Assembly: GCA_900754515.1 (NCBI GenBank)
Contig: CAAEDD010000197.1
Span: 1 to 58,299, forward strand
DNA length: 58,299 bases
Origin: an uncultured Oscillospiraceae bacterium
GTDB lineage: Bacteria > Bacillota > Clostridia > Oscillospirales > Oscillospiraceae
Reading direction: 5' to 3'
Positions 54,161-58,299 of the stretch are shown piece by piece; within the stretch, counting starts at the first letter, position 1; every line of letters begins with the position of its first letter. Made by a program: the position numbers and the translations under genes. The notes below the pieces were generated by a model that worked only from the letters and a program-made list of their open reading frames with translations, did not search any database and was not told the DNA's origin.

Positions 54161-55201
54161 GTGAAAAAATTCTTGGCACTTCTTCTGGCGGTTCTGATGA
54201 TCGCCTCCCTGGCAGCCTGCTCCGGCGGCTCCGACACATCCGGCGATACCGCCCAGAGCGGCGACGGCTCAGCTGAATACGACAAGATAACTCTCACCAT
54301 GGCCGTCAACGGCACCGACACCCAGATTGACACCAAGGTCGGCGAAGAGTTTGCCCGTCTGGTGGAAGAAGCTACCGGCGGCAACGTAATCATCGATGTG
54401 TTCCCCAATGACCAGCTGGCCGGCGGCAACGCCACCAAGGGCATGGAGATGCTGGCCGACGGCTCCGTGGATATCGCCGCCTATGCCACCGTCACCATGG
54501 GAGCTCTGGATGAGCGTCTCACCATCGGCATTACCCCCTGGATCTTTGACGATTACACCGACGCCCGCACCACTATCGATGAGACCGGCCTGGACTACTA
54601 CGCCGATATTCTTGCCGGGCAGAACATCACCCTTCTGGGTTCCTTCCACAACGGCTTCAGGCAGCTGACCAATAACAAGCGCCCCGTTCTGACTCCCGAT
54701 GATCTGGCCGGTCTCAAGATACGCACCCCCGGCAGCGCCATCTATCAGGATACCTTCACCGCTCTGGGTGCAAGCCCCTCTACCCTCAACTGGAGTGAGT
54801 GCTTCACCGCCCTGCAGCAGGGCACCATTGACGGCCAGGAAAACGGTTTGAGCATTACCAACACCTCCGGTGTTCTGGAAGTCCAGCCCTATGTCACCAT
54901 CTGGAGCTACAGCTACGAAAACGACCTGCTTATGTTCAACTCCGATGTGTGGAACAGTCTGAATGAGGCTACTCAGCAGGTGCTGAAAGAGAAGGCTGTG
55001 GAGGCCTGCAACTGGGGCCGCGACATAGTGGAGGCTGAGCACGACACCTTGATTGAGGAGTTCAGGGCAGAAGGCATTCAGGTTGACGTTCTCACCGATG
55101 AGCAGCTCCAGCTCTTCAAGGACAAGGTAGCCGACGTCAAGGCCGACTTCCTTGCCAAGTTTGATGCTGAAGCCCTGGCGGCCTTCGGTATAGAGGGATA
55201 A
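54161..55201 (+). CDS. TRAP transporter substrate-binding lipoprotein (DctP family)
   Basis: GTG start with GAGGAGG upstream. Lipobox LAAC. HNGFRQLTNN block containing the family's conserved carboxylate-binding Arg. Confidence 0.85.
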   Translation: MKKFLALLLAVLMIASLAACSGGSDTSGDTAQSGDGSAEYDKITLTMAVNGTDTQIDTKVGEEFARLVEEATGGNVIIDVFPNDQLAGGNATKGMEMLADGSVDIAAYATVTMGALDERLTIGITPWIFDDYTDARTTIDETGLDYYADILAGQNITLLGSFHNGFRQLTNNKRPVLTPDDLAGLKIRTPGSAIYQDTFTALGASPSTLNWSECFTALQQGTIDGQENGLSITNTSGVLEVQPYVTIWSYSYENDLLMFNSDVWNSLNEATQQVLKEKAVEACNWGRDIVEAEHDTLIEEFRAEGIQVDVLTDEQLQLFKDKVADVKADFLAKFDAEALAAFGIEG

Positions 55202-55269
55202 AATCTGCTTCGACCGGGAAGAGCTGAAACTCAGCTCTTCCCGTAGATGATAGAATGGAAGGAGCTGCC

Positions 55270-55797
55270 ATGATAAAAAAGATCATCGACAACATTGAGG
55301 AGATCGTCTGTCTGATCTCCCTGTCTGTGATGACATTGTTAACCTTTGCAAACGTCGTCACCCGCTATGTCTTTAATTTCTCCATGAACTTTGCAGAAGA
55401 GATCTCCACCTACATGTTTGTACTTCTCAGCCTCTTTGGAGCTTCCATTGCCGCCAAGCGTGGTGCGCACCTGGGCTTTACACTGCTTGCCGACCATGTG
55501 CCAAAGATCGTGGCCCGCTCCTTTGAGGTTCTCTCCGCCCTGGCCGGTATACTGTTTGCCGGCGTTATCTTCTACTACGGCATAGACATGACCGTCACCC
55601 AGTTTCAGAGGGGTCAGCTGTCCCTTGGCGCTCAAATACCCGAATGGATATACGGCTCCTTTGTGCCCCTGGGCTCGTTTTTCCTGATGCTCCGCTTCCT
55701 TGAACTGCTTGTAAAAGCCCTGAAGGGAGAGGCGGCTGCCCGCGAGGACGTATTGGCTGAGGCCATGGCGGTATCCGGTACAGAGAAGGAGGGTTAA
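55270..55797 (+). CDS. TRAP transporter small permease (DctQ family)
   Basis: About 175 aa with four TM segments, positioned between DctP- and DctM-type genes. AAGGAG lies 5 nt before the ATG at 55270. Confidence 0.85.
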   Translation: MIKKIIDNIEEIVCLISLSVMTLLTFANVVTRYVFNFSMNFAEEISTYMFVLLSLFGASIAAKRGAHLGFTLLADHVPKIVARSFEVLSALAGILFAGVIFYYGIDMTVTQFQRGQLSLGAQIPEWIYGSFVPLGSFFLMLRFLELLVKALKGEAAAREDVLAEAMAVSGTEKEG

Positions 55798-55800
55798 GCA

Positions 55801-57093
55801 ATGGTAACAACTATACTGTTTGGTCTTTTTGCGATGCTTCTGCTGCTGGGCGCCCCCATCGCCATCTGCCTTGGCATGTCCAGCGTCGCCTCCATGATAG
55901 CTCTGGGCGCCGGAAGATCCCTGGACGTAGTTCTGGGCACCGTGCCCCAGCTGGTCTCCGCCGCCATAACCAAGTCCGTTCTGATGGCCATCCCCTTTTT
56001 CATTCTGGGCGGCAACATCATGGAAAAATCCGGCATATCCTCCAGGCTTATTAAGCTGGCTCAAACCTGCGTAGGTCACTTCAAAGGCGGCGTGGCCATG
56101 GTGTGTGTGCTGGTAGCCTGCTTCTTTGCAGCCATTTCCGGCTCAGGCCCTGCCACAGTGGCAGCACTGGGCCTGATTCTCATACCCGCCATGATAGAGG
56201 TCGGCTACAAGCCCTCCTTTGCTGCGGCACTGATGGCCACGGCCGGCGCCATCGGCGTTATCATCCCGCCCTCCATCACCTTCGTGGTATATGGCTCAAT
56301 CTCCGATGTCTCCATCGGCGACCTGTTTATCTCCGGTGTGTTGCCCGGCCTGCTCATGGGTGCCGCCCTTATTATAGTCACTCTGTGGCTGGGGCGCAAA
56401 ACCAATCTGAAGCTGCTGCCCAGGTCCAGCTGGAAAGAGCGCTGGGTCGCATTCAAGGAGGCATTCTGGGGACTGTTGATGCCGGTCATTATCCTGGGCG
56501 GCATTTATGGCGGTATCTTCACCCCAACTGAGGCAGCCGCCGTCTCCGCGGTATATGGTCTGTTCGTCGGCTTGTTTGTCTACCGCACACTAAGTCTGAA
56601 GGACATGAAGAAGATCATAATCGACTCCGCCTCCACAACCGCAGTCGTTATGCTCATCACCGCCGCGGCTTCTCTCTTTGCCTATGTACTGACCCGCGCT
56701 CGCATCGACGTTGCTATAAGCTCCGCTCTGGAGTCTTTTGCCGGCGGCAATACGGTGGTCTTCCTAATCATCGTCAACGTCTGTCTGCTGATTGCCGGGT
56801 GCTTCCTGGACTCTACCTCCGCCCTGTACATCTTTACCCCGCTGTTCCTGCCTGTGGCTCAGGCTCTGGGCATGAATCTGGTGCACTTCGGCACCATAAT
56901 GATTGTGAACCTGGCCATCGGCCTGGTGACTCCGCCAGTGGGCGTAAACCTTTATGTGGCCTGCGGTATTGCAAACATCGATTTGAAAGCAATATCCAAG
57001 GCAGTAGTCCCGCTTATACTGGCCTCCCTGGTAGTTCTCTTGCTTGTCACCTATGTACCGCAGCTCTCCCTGGCTTTGCTGGGTGGAGCCTAA
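55801..57093 (+). CDS. TRAP transporter large permease (DctM family)
   Basis: 430-aa polytopic protein with typical DctM blocks (AIPFFILGGNIME, SGSGPATVAALG). Confidence 0.9.
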   Translation: MVTTILFGLFAMLLLLGAPIAICLGMSSVASMIALGAGRSLDVVLGTVPQLVSAAITKSVLMAIPFFILGGNIMEKSGISSRLIKLAQTCVGHFKGGVAMVCVLVACFFAAISGSGPATVAALGLILIPAMIEVGYKPSFAAALMATAGAIGVIIPPSITFVVYGSISDVSIGDLFISGVLPGLLMGAALIIVTLWLGRKTNLKLLPRSSWKERWVAFKEAFWGLLMPVIILGGIYGGIFTPTEAAAVSAVYGLFVGLFVYRTLSLKDMKKIIIDSASTTAVVMLITAAASLFAYVLTRARIDVAISSALESFAGGNTVVFLIIVNVCLLIAGCFLDSTSALYIFTPLFLPVAQALGMNLVHFGTIMIVNLAIGLVTPPVGVNLYVACGIANIDLKAISKAVVPLILASLVVLLLVTYVPQLSLALLGGA

Positions 57094-57121
57094 TAATACA
57101 ATTTAATACATATATAGGCAA

Positions 57122-57160
57122 AAATACGGGCGTGGCTTGCAAAACCATGCCCGTATTTTT
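57122..57160 (+). terminator. Intrinsic terminator after the TRAP operon
   Basis: AAATACGGGC / GCCCGTATTT stem with a 17-nt loop, followed by a T-run. Confidence 0.65.
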
Positions 57161-57254
57161 GAAAAAAACAGCAGTTTAAGTCTGTCTAAGTATTGACAAT
57201 CTCATGAGACAAATGCTAAAATTATTGTAAAATTTGTATGACGAGGTTACAACA

Positions 57255-57938
57255 ATGCCCCCTTTCAGTCCTGTTACCAGCAGCAAACTTTATATTCAGA
57301 TTTACAATCAAATAAAGGACGCCATTTTAAACGGCAGCTTTAAGGTGGGCGATAAACTACCCAGTGAAAAGGAGTTCTGCGAGATGTTCGGTGTCAGCCG
57401 CGTTCCTGTACGGGAGGCGCTGAGCGCTCTTGAACTCAACGGTCTGGTTGAGTCTGTGCATGGAGCGGGTGTTTTTGTCAAGGAAGTCAGCGTACTTACC
57501 AATGACTGGATAGAAGAAACCGATCCTCAGGATATTATCCAGACCAGAAAGCTGATAGAACCGGAGATCGCCCGCTGTGCGGCGCTGCACATCAGCGAGG
57601 CGGAAAAACAGCGGATGCGGGAGATCATGGAGAGATTCCGTCAGGAGGCGGAGGACAACCGCTATTCTGAGATAACCGACAGGGACTTCCATATGAGCAT
57701 CGCCAGGGCCAGCGGCAACCACATGTATATGGTCATGTGCGATATGGTATGGAAAGCCATGAAGCAGCGGATGTGGAGCCTTATCCTCAGCCGCACCGTC
57801 ACCGCAGAGGAAAACCGCAAGCAGCACTACAAAGAACACATGGAGATAGCCCAGGCCATTCTGGACGGCAAATCCGAACTGGCCTATAACTATATGAAGG
57901 CCCATATGGAGGATCTGGAGCGGCGCTACTGGTCCTGA
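57255..57938 (+). CDS. GntR-family transcriptional regulator, FadR/FCD subfamily
   Basis: N-terminal winged helix (LPSEKEFCEMFGVSRVPVREAL) and an FCD-type helical C-terminus with the His-containing DRDFHMSIA. The ATG at 57255 is preferred over the TTG at 57234. Confidence 0.85.
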   Translation: MPPFSPVTSSKLYIQIYNQIKDAILNGSFKVGDKLPSEKEFCEMFGVSRVPVREALSALELNGLVESVHGAGVFVKEVSVLTNDWIEETDPQDIIQTRKLIEPEIARCAALHISEAEKQRMREIMERFRQEAEDNRYSEITDRDFHMSIARASGNHMYMVMCDMVWKAMKQRMWSLILSRTVTAEENRKQHYKEHMEIAQAILDGKSELAYNYMKAHMEDLERRYWS

Positions 57939-57950
57939 GAGAAAAGCCAT

Positions 57951-57984
57951 AGAAAAAGGAAGGGGAAATTCCCTTCCTTTTTCT
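57951..57984. terminator. Bidirectional terminator hairpin between convergent genes
   Basis: AGAAAAAGGAAGGG-GAAATT-CCCTTCCTTTTTCT, a 14-bp perfect stem. Confidence 0.7.
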
Positions 57985-58002
57985 ATGACTATTTTTGAGG
58001 CA

Positions 58003-58299
58003 TCATCCCGCCTGCTCGGCCACATATATGGAGGCGCGGCTCTGGATAGTACTCACCGTATCCTCCAGGCTCTTGTCTCCGGCAAAGTAGGCGGCGGCCT
58101 CGGTGCTGATTATCTCGGTGAGGGTGTCGTCCTGCCTTGCCATCTTCTCCGTGGAATAGACCAGCTCCCGGAGTTTGTCCGCATCTTCCTTAGTAAAGCT
58201 CTGGGCGGGGTTTTTCTCGTCTTCCCTTATCTCCTTTTCCAGAAGCTTGTCAAAGGACGCTGTGGTAACCGGTATACCGTAGACCAGGCTGCCGCCATA
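58003..58299 (-). CDS. C-terminal fragment of an extracellular solute-binding protein (runs off the window)
   Basis: Open minus-strand frame to the window edge, ending ...DKSLEDTVSTIQSRASIYVAEQAG-stop (TGA at 58003-58005). This tail is typical of sugar-type ABC binding proteins. The call is tentative because only 98 aa are visible. Confidence 0.5.
   Translation of the reverse strand, partial: YGGSLVYGIPVTTASFDKLLEKEIREDEKNPAQSFTKEDADKLRELVYSTEKMARQDDTLTEIISTEAAAYFAGDKSLEDTVSTIQSRASIYVAEQAG

Noticed and set aside
1-58299. Mobile elements, prophage, defence systems, toxin-antitoxin pairs, rRNA/tRNA genes
   Set aside because: I scanned all listed ORFs and the intergenic regions. I saw no transposase, integrase, recombinase, Cas, restriction or abortive-infection signatures, and no tRNA-like cloverleaf or rRNA sequence.

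Overview
This 58.3-kb chromosomal window looks like a strictly anaerobic, spore-forming Firmicute of the Clostridia. That is an inference from gene content: spoIIR, an agr locus, a [FeFe]-hydrogenase, 2-oxoacid:ferredoxin oxidoreductase and clostridial-type RBS/promoters. I support about 57 protein genes, one riboswitch, several terminators/operators and a cluster of palindromic repeats. I saw no rRNA, tRNA, CRISPR array, transposase, integrase or phage gene.

Layout:
- (1) 1-3.6 kb: agr-type quorum-sensing locus. It includes a 49-aa AgrD-like ORF that is missing from the supplied ORF track.
- (2) 3.8-20.8 kb: one 17-gene minus-strand operon with a divergent LysR regulator. It encodes an Opp/Dpp-type peptide ABC importer interrupted by two M20 dipeptidases, an AbrB-duplication membrane protein, a Pct/YdiF-type CoA-transferase and a four-subunit 2-oxoacid:ferredoxin oxidoreductase. 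It is bracketed at both ends by diverged copies of an unassigned, translationally coupled two-gene module (2x[4Fe-4S] ferredoxin-domain protein plus a Cys/His-motif protein). This module is my best candidate for an undescribed system.
- (3) csoR-copA, an enoate-reductase-like flavoenzyme, and a [FeFe]-hydrogenase coupled to a small membrane protein.
- (4) An ECF sigma/anti-sigma pair, then a 570-bp gene-free zone full of palindromes.
- (5) Housekeeping genes (GH13 glucosidase, ispE, preQ1 riboswitch-queT-queF, spoIIR, FAH), blaI/blaR1-like genes and a two-component system with a PepSY protein.
- (6) An AT-rich MBOAT cassette and tandem CNNM/CorC genes.
- (7) A kinase-less Gfo/Idh/MocA + split transketolase + TRAP transporter operon with a GntR/FCD regulator.

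Several very long ORFs in the track are antisense artefacts of GC-rich genes and are rejected.
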